A stretch of 64,000 bases of DNA, taken from contig CAWJSK010000012.1 of assembly GCA_963845535.1 (NCBI GenBank), positions 722,339-786,338 on the forward strand, given 5' to 3'. Positions within the stretch are counted from its first letter, which is position 1. Each line of letters starts with the position of its first letter. Source of the DNA: an uncultured Spirochaetota bacterium (lineage in GTDB: Bacteria > Spirochaetota > Spirochaetia > SZUA-6 > Fen-1364). Positions 35,060-45,359 of this stretch are shown piece after piece. Under the pieces are notes generated by a model. That model ran no database searches, was not told where the DNA came from, and was given only the letters and a program-made list of their open reading frames with translations. A program made the position numbers and the translations under genes.

Positions 35060-35654
35060 TCTCGTACATGTTGGAGACACGGCCTGCGCGGAGCTTGTCC
35101 AGCAGGTGAAAGTAGTCCAGGCAGGTGCCGCAGACCAGGACTTCCACGCCGCGTGACTCGATCTTTCGAAGAAGCTCGATCGTCTCCTCCTGCTCGGCTG
35201 CCAGACGCACGCCCGAGTTCATCAGAACGAGAGCGCGCGGCGGCCTGTCCAGCTCGCCAATGGTGTGAAGGAGCCCGCGCACCAGGAGCCTTCCCAGCGC
35301 TTCGTCCCCGCGTCCGATCTGATCCGAGGAAAGGAAGATTGTCTTCCCCGCAAACTGGCGGTCGGGAGCCGCGGCGGGCGGCTCTTCATCACAAGAAGGA
35401 TTGGCGCCGCCGCCGCGGGCTTTCTCACGCATGGCGTCAGTTACCAGGGCCGAGATTGCATGAACCCTGCCGCGGCTGGCCGTCACCGGTTCGGCGGCGC
35501 CGGTGAACTTCAGGAATCGTATGACATTCTGCCGGGCCGCCTCGTTGTCCACAACGACCTCGATCTCATCCAGACCGGCTTCCACCATCGCCTTTCTGCA
35601 GAGGATCACCGGCTGGGGGCACGCCAGCCCCTTCGCGTCGATCGATCTCTTCAT
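35013..35654 (-). CDS. yedF: YedF-type selenium metabolism protein (TusA/SirA-like + DsrE-like domains)
   Basis: IDAKGLACPQPVILCRKAM (CPxP motif). Strong GGAGGA RBS before ATG 35654. Confidence 0.8.
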   Translation of the reverse strand: MKRSIDAKGLACPQPVILCRKAMVEAGLDEIEVVVDNEAARQNVIRFLKFTGAAEPVTASRGRVHAISALVTDAMREKARGGGANPSCDEEPPAAAPDRQFAGKTIFLSSDQIGRGDEALGRLLVRGLLHTIGELDRPPRALVLMNSGVRLAAEQEETIELLRKIESRGVEVLVCGTCLDYFHLLDKLRAGRVSNMYEITEKFLGPGDVVTVS

Positions 35655-35886
35655 ATTTCCTCCGTCCTTCCCGCATGACAACGCGATACAGCACGGCCGG
35701 CAGACCCAGCGCTTCCCACCACGGAGGCTTCTCCCGCTTCTCAGCGCCTGCGAGAAGCGAGAAGCCGCAGCCGGTCTTCACTACGGGCGGCGTCGGCACG
35801 AGGGTCACCGCAACGCCCTGGCGTTTCAACGTCTGCTCGGCGCTCAAAGTCTGGTGAATCCCCGGCAGAACGACAAGAAGCTCCAC
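35566..35886 (-). CDS. DUF3343-like small protein (putative Se/S carrier)
   Basis: LVVLPGIHQTLSAEQTLKRQGVAVTLVPTPPVVKTGCGFSLL. GTG 35886 follows the selD stop. The 3' end overlaps the yedF start by about 90 nt, so the end is uncertain. Confidence 0.5.
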   Translation of the reverse strand: MELLVVLPGIHQTLSAEQTLKRQGVAVTLVPTPPVVKTGCGFSLLAGAEKREKPPWWEALGLPAVLYRVVMREGRRKYEEIDRREGAGVPPAGDPLQKGDGGSRSG

Positions 35887-35893
35887 GCTGCTT

Positions 35894-36919
35894 TCAGGCA
35901 AGCTCCACCATCCCCTTGCCGGGAACGGTCTCACCGATGATGGCCGCCAAAACGCCGGCAGCCCGAAGCTCTGCAAGCGCGGCGTCAGCGTCCGCTGAAT
36001 CCACCGCGGCAAGGAGGCCACCGGAGGTCTGCGGATCGAAGAGTACATTCAACAGGTCATCGTCCATCCCGGCTGCTGTGACGACAAACGGCATGCGGAA
36101 GCTCCTGTTTCGGTACGTGCCCTCCGGCACCAGGCCCATGGCCGCGTATTGCCTCACTGACGGGAGGAGCGGCACCGAGGCGGCGGAGACGCGTACGTTG
36201 CACGATGAACCGGCCGCCATCTCGCATGCGTGGCCAAGGAGCCCGAAGCCCGTCACGTCGGTGCAGGCTCGAACGGCATGGCGGGAAAAGATATCGCATG
36301 CGACGCGGTTCAGCGCGCTCATGCCATCGATTGCGGCGCCAAGAGCCTGCGGGGAAGCGAGCCCGGCCTTTTCGGCGGTCGTGATGAGCCCGGTCCCGAT
36401 CGATTTCGTAAGGATGAGCCGCTCCGCGTCTCGGATCGAATTGTTCAGCCACACGCGCTCGGGATGAACAATCCCGGTGACTGCGTACCCGAGCTTCAGC
36501 TCCTTGTCGTCTACGCTGTGCCCGCCCACCAGCGGGCAGCCCGCCTCTTCCAGCGCCGTCAGCCCGCCCTCCATCATCTTCTGGAGGATCGAGACGTCAA
36601 GATTCTCCACGGGGAAGCCTACAATGCACGCGGCCGTGGTGGGCCGTCCGCCCATGGCGTACACGTCCGACAGCGCGTTGGCGGCGGCAATCCGGCCGAA
36701 CTGGAACGCGTCATCCACGATGGGCGGGAAGAAGTCCACCGTGTGGATCAGCGCCTGCGTCTCGTTGATCCTGAGCACGCCGGCGTCCTCGCTGTGACGG
36801 AAGTCGGCAATCAGGTCGGGGTAGGAGGGTTGGCTCAGTCCGCACAGCGCCTTGTCGAGGAGCCCCGGACCGAGCTTCGCGCCGCAGCCGGCGAAACGGG
36901 AGAGGGAAGTCAGCTTCAT
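35894..36919 (-). CDS. selD: Selenide, water dikinase (Cys-type)
   Basis: N-terminal [11 protein letters not shown] (catalytic Cys/Lys loop) with AIR-synthase-like fold motifs; 341 aa. Confidence 0.9.
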   Translation of the reverse strand: MKLTSLSRFAGCGAKLGPGLLDKALCGLSQPSYPDLIADFRHSEDAGVLRINETQALIHTVDFFPPIVDDAFQFGRIAAANALSDVYAMGGRPTTAACIVGFPVENLDVSILQKMMEGGLTALEEAGCPLVGGHSVDDKELKLGYAVTGIVHPERVWLNNSIRDAERLILTKSIGTGLITTAEKAGLASPQALGAAIDGMSALNRVACDIFSRHAVRACTDVTGFGLLGHACEMAAGSSCNVRVSAASVPLLPSVRQYAAMGLVPEGTYRNRSFRMPFVVTAAGMDDDLLNVLFDPQTSGGLLAAVDSADADAALAELRAAGVLAAIIGETVPGKGMVELA

Positions 36920-38064
36920 GATTCAGCTCCGATCCGGCGCAGCGCTTCGAGAGTCTGGTCGACGTCGGCTTGCGTGGTGAACGGTCCGGGAGAGAGGCGG
37001 ACCGTGCCGCCCGTCCGGAGCGTCCCGATGGCCGCGTGCGCGGCAGGCGCGCAGTGAAGCCCATGCCGGCAGGCAATGCCCAGCTCATCGAGCTTCCGTG
37101 CCAGCTCATCGAGCGGAATGCGCGCATGTGTCAGGGAAAGAATGGAGAGCCTCTCCTCGGTCTCCTGCGGACCGTGAACGCGGAAACCGGGCATTTCCGC
37201 AAGGCCGCGCCGCAGGCATTCCGCCGCCTGTTTTCTCCTGGCTGCCAGGGCGGCCACTCCAGTCTCCCGAATGTAGCGCACCGCGGCAAGCAGGCCGGCG
37301 ATTGCCGGAAGGTTCTGCGTGCCGCTCTCATAGCGGTCCGGGAGAAACGACGGCTGCTCCGCGGACTCCGAGTCGCTTCCCGTGCCGCCGTAGATGAGCG
37401 GCTCGGGCGCGGCGCGGGGGCCCAGGAACAGCAGCCCCAATCCGGCGGGGCCGAGAAGGCCCTTATGCGCGGAGACGCAAAAAAAATCGAACGGGAAGGA
37501 GCCGAGGTCAACGGGGACTTCCCCGGCGCTTTGCGCCGCATCTATTGCGACCAGCGTGTCGGGAGACATGTGCAGGGCGTCCCGCGCCATCTGCGCAAAA
37601 GGGAAGGTCGCGCCCGTCACGTTGCTGGCGGAAGTGAAGACGAGGAGATCCGGTCTCTCCCTGAGCGCCTCCCGGAACGAGCCGTTGTCCTTGAAAATGC
37701 GAGCGCGCAGCCCGAGCTCCTTGTGCAGGGCGCGCAGGGGCCGCATGACGGCGTTGTGCTCCATCGCGGAGAGCGCAACGAGGGCGCCCGGGCGCAGGGT
37801 CCCGCGGAGGACGAGGTTCAAAGATGCGGTGGTTCCCGGGGTGAAGATCAGCCGGGCCGGGTCCGCGAAACAGAACAGCTCGGCGGCCGCGCTACGCGCC
37901 TCGAAGACCAGCCTGTCGGCGGAAACCGCCCCCGCGTGTGTCCCCCGGCCGGGGCTCCCCAACGGCTCCGTGAGGGACCGCGCAACCGCTTCGGCAACGC
38001 CCGGGGCCTTGGGCCAGCTGGTTGCCGCGTTGTCCATGTAAACGAACGGAGCCCGGTCCGCCAT
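36916..38064 (-). CDS. Class V aminotransferase: cysteine desulfurase / selenocysteine lyase-like
   Basis: [25 protein letters not shown] (PLP Lys) and [10 protein letters not shown] (active-site Cys loop). Start is M53 of the ORF. The stop overlaps the selD start. Confidence 0.85.
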   Translation of the reverse strand: MADRAPFVYMDNAATSWPKAPGVAEAVARSLTEPLGSPGRGTHAGAVSADRLVFEARSAAAELFCFADPARLIFTPGTTASLNLVLRGTLRPGALVALSAMEHNAVMRPLRALHKELGLRARIFKDNGSFREALRERPDLLVFTSASNVTGATFPFAQMARDALHMSPDTLVAIDAAQSAGEVPVDLGSFPFDFFCVSAHKGLLGPAGLGLLFLGPRAAPEPLIYGGTGSDSESAEQPSFLPDRYESGTQNLPAIAGLLAAVRYIRETGVAALAARRKQAAECLRRGLAEMPGFRVHGPQETEERLSILSLTHARIPLDELARKLDELGIACRHGLHCAPAAHAAIGTLRTGGTVRLSPGPFTTQADVDQTLEALRRIGAES

Positions 38065-38181
38065 GAGAGAAATAATACCAGATCGTACACCTGCCGTCCC
38101 CCCGCGCAGGGAGACCCTCCGCACCGCGCGCCGGCATCTCGCGCAGCGACCCCTTGCGTCGCCCCCTGCATCGCCCTTTGC

Positions 38182-38211
38182 TTGACCCTCCCTCTCCCCT
38201 GTCAGTATCAT
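38182..38211 (+). promoter_or_regulatory. Sigma70-type promoter candidate for leuS (possibly a leaderless transcript)
   Basis: TTGACC (38182-38187), an 18-nt spacer, then TATCAT (38206-38211). ATG 38219 is 7 nt after the -10 element and no SD is visible. Confidence 0.4.
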
Positions 38212-38218
38212 CCCGTGC

Positions 38219-40639
38219 ATGACTGGCTATCCGTTCAGCGACATCGAAAAGAAGTGGCAGGCGTATTGGGCAAAGAACAAGACCTTCCGGGCCAGGGAAG
38301 ACCCGAAAGTGCCCCGTGAGAAGAGGAAGTACATCCTCGACATGTTCCCCTATCCGTCCGCCGCGGGCCTCCACGTGGGCCACCCCGAAGGCTACATCGC
38401 CACGGACATCTACTGCCGCTACCTGCGCATGAACGGCTTCAATGTGCTGCATCCCATGGGCTTCGACTCTTTCGGACTGCCCGCGGAAAACTACGCCATC
38501 AAGACCGGCACGCACCCCCGCATGTCCACGGAGCAGAACATCGCCCGCTTCACCTCCCAGATCAAATCCCTGGGCTTCTCCTATGACTGGGACAGGGTGA
38601 TCTCCACGTGCGAGCCGGAGTATTACCGGTGGACCCAGTGGATTTTCCTGAAGATGTGGGAGAAGGGACTGGCGTACGAGGCGGAGGTGCCCATCAACTG
38701 GTGTCCTTCCTGTCTGACGGGGCTGGCCAATGAGGAAGTGAAGGACGGATTGTGCGACCGATGCGGCACCCCGGTCACCCGGCGCAACCTGCGCCAGTGG
38801 ATCATGAAGATCACCGCCTACGCGGAAAGGCTGCTCGCTGACCTGGACAAGCTCCAGTGGTCCGAGTCCTTGAAGCTGATGCAGAGGAACTGGATTGGCC
38901 GCAGTGAAGGCGCCAATGTCCGCTTCGCCCTGGCCGCCGGAGGCGGGGAAATCGAGGTCTACACGACACGTCCGGACACGCTTTTTGGCGCAACCTACAT
39001 GGTGCTGGCACCAGAGCATCCCCTGGTGGCCCGGATCACCACGCCCGCTCAGAAGACGTCCGTGCAGGACTACATATCCGCTGCCGCCATGAAGTCAGAC
39101 CTGGAGCGCACCGAACTGGCCAAGGAGAAGACCGGCGTCTTCACCGGAGCTTACGCCATCAACCCCATGAACGGAAACAAGATCCCCGTGTGGATCTCGG
39201 ACTATATCCTGATCTCCTACGGGACCGGGGCCATCATGGCGGTGCCCGGGCATGATGAACGTGACTTCGAGTTTGCGAAGAAGTTCCGTCTCCCCATTGT
39301 CCAAGTGGTTTCCCGTGACGGCTCCACCTATCCCCTGGAAACCGCGGAGCCAATGGAAGGGATTGCCGTCAACTCGGGGGAGTTCAATGGGATTTCCACC
39401 GCGGAGTTCGAGAAGAAGATCATTGAGTGGCTGCAAAAGAAAGGGATAGGCAGCAGCGCGGTGAACTACAAGCTGCGGGACTGGATATTCTCCCGCCAGA
39501 GGTACTGGGGGGAACCCATCCCCCTCATCCACTGCCCCAAGGACGGCACCGTGGCAGTCCCGTATGACCAGCTTCCCCTGAAGCTCCCCGAGGTGGCAAC
39601 CTACAAGCCCACCGGAACGGGGGAAAGCCCGCTGGCGGCAATGACGGACTGGGTGAACACCACGTGCCCGAAGTGCGGCGGCCCTGCCAAGAGGGAAACG
39701 AACACGATGCCCCAGTGGGCAGGGTCCTGCTGGTATTACATGCGCTACCTGGACCCGCACAACGACAAGGAGTTCGCCTCCCGGGAGAAGCTCGAATACT
39801 GGATGCCCGTGGACCTGTACGTGGGCGGCGCGGAGCATGCCGTGCTTCACCTCCTGTACTCCCGGTTCTGGCACAAGTTCCTGTTCGACATCGGCGCCGT
39901 GGGCTCGGATGAGCCGTTCATGCGCCTCATCAACCAGGGCATGATCCTGGGAGAAGGCGGCGTGAAGATGTCCAAGAGCCTTGGGAACGTCATCAATCCG
40001 GATGACATCATCACGAGCTTCGGCGCTGACACCATGCGCGTCTACGAGATGTTCATGGGCCCGCTGGAAGTGTCCAAGCCCTGGTCCACGCGCGGAATTG
40101 CCGGGGTGAAGCGCTTCCTGGAAAAGATATGGCGCGCCGCGGAGCTTCCCCTGAATGATGAGGAGCCCTCGGAGTCCCTCCTGCGGCTGCTCCACAAGAC
40201 AATCAAGAAGGTCAGCCAGGACACGGGAAAGCTGGAGTTCAATACCGCCATCGCCCAGATGATGATCTTCATGAATGAGGTTACCGGCCTTTCCGCCGTG
40301 CCCCGCACGCTGTGGCAACCTTTCATCCTCCTCCTGGCTCCGTACGCTCCGCACCTGGCGGAAGAGCTGTGGGAAAAGACCGGCGGGGCCGCGTCGGTTG
40401 GCGCCCAGGCCTGGCCTCGCTGGGATGAGGCGCTGACGGTTGAGGAAATGGTGGAGGTGGTTTTCCAGATCAACGGCAAGATCCGTGCAAAGGAGAGCCT
40501 CCCGGCCGGACTCGGAGAAGCCGAAACAAAGGAGAAAGCCCTGGGCAACGCGAGGATGAAGGAGCTCCTGGACGGGAAGGAGATCCGCAAGGTCATCGTT
40601 GTTCCCGGCAAGCTGGTAAACGTCGTTGCCTCCGTCTGA
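38219..40639 (+). CDS. leuS: Leucine--tRNA ligase
   Basis: 806 aa. HVGHPEGY (HIGH-type), KMSKSLGN (KMSKS) and the CP1 editing region. Confidence 0.97.
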   Translation: MTGYPFSDIEKKWQAYWAKNKTFRAREDPKVPREKRKYILDMFPYPSAAGLHVGHPEGYIATDIYCRYLRMNGFNVLHPMGFDSFGLPAENYAIKTGTHPRMSTEQNIARFTSQIKSLGFSYDWDRVISTCEPEYYRWTQWIFLKMWEKGLAYEAEVPINWCPSCLTGLANEEVKDGLCDRCGTPVTRRNLRQWIMKITAYAERLLADLDKLQWSESLKLMQRNWIGRSEGANVRFALAAGGGEIEVYTTRPDTLFGATYMVLAPEHPLVARITTPAQKTSVQDYISAAAMKSDLERTELAKEKTGVFTGAYAINPMNGNKIPVWISDYILISYGTGAIMAVPGHDERDFEFAKKFRLPIVQVVSRDGSTYPLETAEPMEGIAVNSGEFNGISTAEFEKKIIEWLQKKGIGSSAVNYKLRDWIFSRQRYWGEPIPLIHCPKDGTVAVPYDQLPLKLPEVATYKPTGTGESPLAAMTDWVNTTCPKCGGPAKRETNTMPQWAGSCWYYMRYLDPHNDKEFASREKLEYWMPVDLYVGGAEHAVLHLLYSRFWHKFLFDIGAVGSDEPFMRLINQGMILGEGGVKMSKSLGNVINPDDIITSFGADTMRVYEMFMGPLEVSKPWSTRGIAGVKRFLEKIWRAAELPLNDEEPSESLLRLLHKTIKKVSQDTGKLEFNTAIAQMMIFMNEVTGLSAVPRTLWQPFILLLAPYAPHLAEELWEKTGGAASVGAQAWPRWDEALTVEEMVEVVFQINGKIRAKESLPAGLGEAETKEKALGNARMKELLDGKEIRKVIVVPGKLVNVVASV

Positions 40640-41778
40640 GCTGGCGCGGCAGGCGTTTCGGCAGCGCCAGGCGCTGTTCTCCTCCTGGCTCGCTGAGTCG
40701 GGGATCTTTGCCTGCGTGCTGGACGATTTCGAGGGCTTGCGCGCAAGCTCCGTGCGTTGGCTCTGCGGCCACCCCATGGATGCAATCCTCTTCGTTTTTG
40801 CGGACGCGCGCACCGTCCTCGTCCCGTGGGACTTGAATCTGGCCCGAGAGATGTCCACCGTTGACGAGATCGTCCCCTACACGGACTTCAAGCGGTCCTT
40901 CCGTGAAGCGGTGATCACCGTGCTGAACGAGCGCGGCGGCGGATCCGGCGGACGCAAAGTGGAGTTCGGCGGCCATACCACGTTCCTTCGACACCGCGAG
41001 CTGCTCGAGGACCTCCCCGACCACGAAATCATCATCAGGCCGGACGGCGCGGACGCGCGCCTGGGCGCGCTTCGCGCAAGAAAAGACGCGGAGGAGCTGG
41101 CGGCGCTGGAGAAGGCGTCGCGGATAACGGATGAAGTTTCCGTACTGGCGGCGGACTACCTGCGCTCCGCTTCCAACCGCGGGGTCACCGAGCATGAGAT
41201 GGCGGAGCTCCTGGAACGCGAGGCCGTTGCGCGCGGTGCCGAGGGCATGGGGTTCGAGACGCTCGCAGCAGGGCCGGGCCGAAGCTGGGGCATCCACCCG
41301 TTCCCCGCCTCCACGCGGGGAGCCTTTCGGAGGAGACGGACTTTCCATCCTGGACTTCGGCGTCAAGGTGGATGGCTACACGAGCGATGTGACGATGACG
41401 TTTGCCCGCGGAAAGCTCACGGTAGAGCAGGAGCTCATGATCGAGCTCGTGGAGAAAGCGTACGCCGCGGCGCTCCAGGCGGCGCGGCCCAACGTCTCCC
41501 CCCGCGAGCCGGCCGTGAAGGCGGATGACGTTTTCCAGGCTGCGGGCTGGCGGATGCCACACGCTCTGGGCCACGGGATTGGATTGGATGCGCACGAACG
41601 GCCGCTTCTTCACGTGCAAGGAAGCGGCGCGGACTCGGAGCTCAGTCCCGGCATCGTTTTCACCATTGAGCCGGGCCTCTACCATCCCCGCCACGGGGGG
41701 GTCCGCTGGGAAAACGACGTCCTGATGACTGAAGCCGGACCGAAGGTCCTCACGAACGCCAGGATCATCCGGTTCTGA
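40626..41778 (+). pseudogene. M24 family Xaa-Pro aminopeptidase with a frame change near 41300-41325
   Basis: ORF 40626..41528 encodes the N-terminal domain through GIHPFPAS. ORF 41131..41778 encodes LDFGVKVDGYTSDVTMTF, HALGHGIGLDAHE, FTIEPGLY and VRWENDV. The join lies at ttccccgcctccacgcgggg. Confidence 0.8.
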
Positions 41779-41787
41779 AGACGCGGC

Positions 41788-42621
41788 CTATTCAAGCGGC
41801 CTTGTCACGGTTTCCCGCTCCCCGACGCAGATGCGGAACGCTCCGCCGCGCGTGGAGAAAAGCGCGTGCATTCCCACGCTGAGCGCCGGCAGTGTCATGC
41901 TCTCCACCGTGATGATCAGGTTGGTTGAAGCGAACGGGCTTTCCAGGAACCATTCGCCGGCGCCGGGGCTCAGGGTCACGTCCCGCGCCGGAAGCAGGTC
42001 TATGTCATAGGCGCTGAAGTCACCTTGGGCGAGCTTCTGCGCCACTGCGTCGAGGTCCAGGCTCCAGGGATCTGCATGCCTCCCGAAGCAGGAAGCGAGC
42101 CTCCCGGCGTTGACCAGAGAAGTGTCGAACCCGCGCTCGGCAAGCAGCTTGAAGACATATGCCAGGCATCCGTCACCCCACGAAAGTGTGATCTCGGAGT
42201 TGCCGCTGCCGTCAACGCAGTCCTCTGGGTAAAGCCCGCCCGCCGGCCGCAGGTATCCCGCGGCGCGCGCCGCGGTTGGATACGCCAGCACAGGTGTGTT
42301 GCCGGCTTTCCAGCATGACACCACGGGCGCCTGGCTTCTGTCCGTGACGGTCACCGTCCGCCAGGTTCCGCTTCCGTCCCGGAAGACCAGGCTGAAGCCG
42401 AGGTCAGCGAACGCGCGAGACCACTGCTCGGGCGGCTCGGGAAGCCTGACGCGAAGGTCGGTTCGAGGTCCGAACAACGCGCACGAAGCGGGAAAAACGA
42501 TTGACAGCAGGGCAGCAAAGCGCAGCGGTTTCACCACGCTGGGAATCAACGCCCGAAACTGCGCGCTGCTTGCAGGCCCGCCTCCAAGAGAGGCCGGCTG
42601 GTTGCTTGATTCCACCGGCAA
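41788..42621 (-). CDS. Hypothetical secreted or lipoprotein
   Basis: 277-aa ORF with a hydrophobic leader ending in FPAS-C. No recognisable domain. Confidence 0.5.
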   Translation of the reverse strand: MPVESSNQPASLGGGPASSAQFRALIPSVVKPLRFAALLSIVFPASCALFGPRTDLRVRLPEPPEQWSRAFADLGFSLVFRDGSGTWRTVTVTDRSQAPVVSCWKAGNTPVLAYPTAARAAGYLRPAGGLYPEDCVDGSGNSEITLSWGDGCLAYVFKLLAERGFDTSLVNAGRLASCFGRHADPWSLDLDAVAQKLAQGDFSAYDIDLLPARDVTLSPGAGEWFLESPFASTNLIITVESMTLPALSVGMHALFSTRGGAFRICVGERETVTRPLE

Positions 42622-42643
42622 AGCGAAGACGGTTCGCCAGCCC

Positions 42644-43174
42644 TCAGGAATGGGCGTGCGTTTGCGCCTTGTACAACCCTCGAATCTCGTTGAGGACGTG
42701 AAGGTATTCTGGTGAGCGGTAGTCAGGGTACGTCCACTCGAGCGGGCGAAAGCTTCCTTTGTGGAAGAGGAGCGTGATCTCCGCGTGGATCCCGCCCGAG
42801 AGAGGGATGCGGTGGGCGCTCTCTTTGGTTGTCACGAGGATGAACCTGCTGAGGCACAAGAGGCCAGGGTCGATGTTGACTTTCCGCCCCCCTGCCTCGC
42901 GGAACTGTTCCTCCACCCGATTGGTCTGGAGCTTGATCTCAGCAATCATTGAGGGATCCACGAGGCGGCGGAAGGAAACGAAAAAGCGCTGGATATCCGG
43001 TCCCATCTCGGCGTCATAGTAGTCGGTGTAGGAGAACGGCATGAGCTGGCTGCAAAAATCGCTGGGTCCCCACGTCCTGTCGAAGATGCCAAGGAGCTCC
43101 TGCTCCGTCTGCGGCCGCGAGATGAGGACGGCCATGACCAGCTTTTCCGGCAGGAATTGCGTTGCCTCACCCAT
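42644..43174 (-). CDS. DUF4416 family protein
   Basis: NIDPGLLCLSRFILVTTKESAHRIPLSGGIHAEITLLF and WTYPDYRSPEY. AGGAGGAGGG RBS before ATG 43174. Confidence 0.7.
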   Translation of the reverse strand: MGEATQFLPEKLVMAVLISRPQTEQELLGIFDRTWGPSDFCSQLMPFSYTDYYDAEMGPDIQRFFVSFRRLVDPSMIAEIKLQTNRVEEQFREAGGRKVNIDPGLLCLSRFILVTTKESAHRIPLSGGIHAEITLLFHKGSFRPLEWTYPDYRSPEYLHVLNEIRGLYKAQTHAHS

Positions 43175-43241
43175 TCCCGCCCTCCTCCTGTGGCAGCGGC
43201 TGCATTGCGTCACCTCTGACTTTACCTTATAATTGCGGAGA

Positions 43242-44676
43242 ATGGAAGGTTCAGCGGCATTCCTTCAGCAGCTCACTGATGCACTCTCCCGACGCGGCCA
43301 GTGGCTGGAGGGAACGCAGATTCCGCGCCTCCGGGAAGCCATCCAGAGCTACCAGACCCTTTTCGAAAGCATCATGGGGATGCTGATCAGGAAAGGTCTC
43401 CTTCGGGAAGATCCGTACAACTACGAACAGACCCAGACGGACATCGTTGTCCCCAGTGACGCCCCGCTGCCTGATTTCGAGAACGCTGATGAGACAAGTT
43501 ATCGCCTTGCCGCTTTTCGGCGTCAGCTCAAGTTCGTGTTGGAGTCCGTCTTCACGCTGGGCGAACTGAAGCTCGGGAGGCTGAAGAAGCTGGCCGCCCT
43601 CGTCAGCTACATCAATTGGGGGGAGCTTGCGGAGACGTCCGGCAGCCCTGTCACGCGCTCCTTTGCGCGCGCCTTCATGAAGATTCTCCTGGGACCGGAC
43701 GCAATGTCGGCGCAGATCCTCAAGGACCAGGAGATGCAGATCGAACGGGCTTTCCAGGATTGCCGCTCCATCATCGCCGACGTTGTGACGTACCACAGGG
43801 AATCCTGGAAAGCGGAGCTGCGCCGCGTCGCACTTCCCCATCTCTCGCTGGAACCGGGAGCGTCGGGAAAGAAGGATGAAACGGTACGTCTCATGCGAAA
43901 GATCTTCAGCAAGGAAATGGAGGGTCGGCCGTGGTATCCGGCGCTCGCGCAGGAGCTGTTCGCGGAGGAGACGGAAAGCGACGCAGAGTCCCGCAAGGCG
44001 CGATTGCTTGCCTCGCTTTCCATCCCGGAAGCGCAACCCGCCCAGAAGAGCGAGGTCCGGCGCGAAGGCAAGCCCATCCTGATGGAGGCCGTGAGAATCC
44101 TCTCCCGCCCGTATGAGGAACTGGTCACGGCAATCGAATCTCTTTCAGAGACGGAACGGCTTCTCCTGCCCCGCGAGGGCGGTTTCGGACAGACCCTGCG
44201 GCGCCTGTTCGGGATGGGAGCGCGGGCAAAGACGGATTCTCACACGTATGAGATCACATTCACGGAACCGGCTCGCCGGCACCACCAAGGCGGAGAAGCT
44301 GAGCTTCCCGCAGTTCGCGCAGGAAGCCCGCAAGAAGGCTACTCTTCTGGCCGCCATTTCCGCGGGGACCGGTCCTGCGTACAAGCGGCTGGAAGGGACG
44401 TCGGAGACCTCCCTTGCCGCGTTTCTGGACAAGCAACTGAACGAGCTTCTCCTGATCCACCGCCGTCTTGCCGGGTTCAATGCTCTTTTTCAGTCGAAGG
44501 CTGCAACGGCGGGAAAGCAAGGCGTACGGGGAATCAAGCTGGAGCTGCTCGCCATTCGCAACAGCCTCGTGAAAGCGAATCAGCGGCGGCATGAGTTCGG
44601 GACCAGGGCGGAAGCCGGGACGGAGAAGCAGCGAAACGGCGCGCGCGCGGAGACAACCCAGAAGTCGCCTGCCTGA
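43242..44676 (+). pseudogene. Conserved-looking hypothetical protein with a frame change near 44262-44285
   Basis: ORF 43233..44594 turns into Arg/Gly-rich nonsense after HTYEITFTEPA. ORF 44113..44676 resumes sensible sequence at TTKAEKLSFPQFAQEARKK. Confidence 0.55.
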
Positions 44677-44689
44677 TCCCGGATTATCG

Positions 44690-45304
44690 ATGAGTGACGG
44701 GTATTTCCGCCAGATTCTTGGTGTTCCTCCCCAGGCTGACAGGGCTCAGATCCGTCAGGCGTATCGGCGACTGGTCATGGAAAACCATCCCGACCGGTTC
44801 CCGCCGGAGAAAAAACCGCTTCAAGATCTGGCCATTATCACGCTGACGGAAGCTTACACGGCGCTCATGGGCGCTGCGGTGTCGCAAGGGCCAGCGCCGC
44901 CCGCGTCCGCATCGGGGGGACCGGCACCAGGACCGGCACCAGGACCCGCATCGGGTGCATCTGCGTCCGCGTTCGAGCACTCGGCCATCGCTGCTCATGG
45001 AGACCCTTCGTACGCCTATTACAAGCAGGGCTTCATCAACTTCTCGCTCGCCATCCACGGAATCGCCGAGATAAACCGAAAGATCGCCGCGGGGCGCGTG
45101 CCGCGCTTCACGCGGAGATATACGGCCAAAGAGGATATTGCGAGCAGCCTCGCGTTCCTCCGCGCCGCGCACGGGTATTTTTCCCGCGTGGTGGAAGAGC
45201 ACTCCCGAAGCGTCTGGAGCGCTGACGCGCGCGCCAAGCTCCGGAGGATCGAAAGGTTCACAAAACTCTACAGGCGGATCCTCGCCAACCTGAGCAGGCG
45301 CTGA
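44690..45304 (+). CDS. J-domain (DnaJ-like) protein
   Basis: YFRQILGVPPQADRAQIRQAYRRLVMENHPDRF (HPD motif), followed by a Pro/Ala/Gly-rich linker. Confidence 0.8.
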   Translation: MSDGYFRQILGVPPQADRAQIRQAYRRLVMENHPDRFPPEKKPLQDLAIITLTEAYTALMGAAVSQGPAPPASASGGPAPGPAPGPASGASASAFEHSAIAAHGDPSYAYYKQGFINFSLAIHGIAEINRKIAAGRVPRFTRRYTAKEDIASSLAFLRAAHGYFSRVVEEHSRSVWSADARAKLRRIERFTKLYRRILANLSRR

Positions 45305-45309
45305 CTGCG

Positions 45310-45335
45310 GCGCGGCTTCGACGCGCGGCTTCGAC
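45310..45335. repeat. Perfect 13-bp tandem duplication (GCGCGGCTTCGAC x2)
   Basis: Read directly at 45310-45322 and 45323-45335, in the intergenic gap between convergent genes. Confidence 0.9.
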
Positions 45336-45359
45336 GCGAGACTCCGCCGAGGGCTCCGG

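Noticed and set aside
39095-40858. Long antisense ORFs: 587 aa opposite leuS, plus 36970..38319, 46280..47536, 48709..50091, 55381..56622, 57506..58909, 22378..23391 and 7361..8236.
   Set aside because: They are typical high-GC shadow ORFs. They are Arg/Gly/Pro/His-rich with no motifs, and each lies opposite a gene with unmistakable family signatures.
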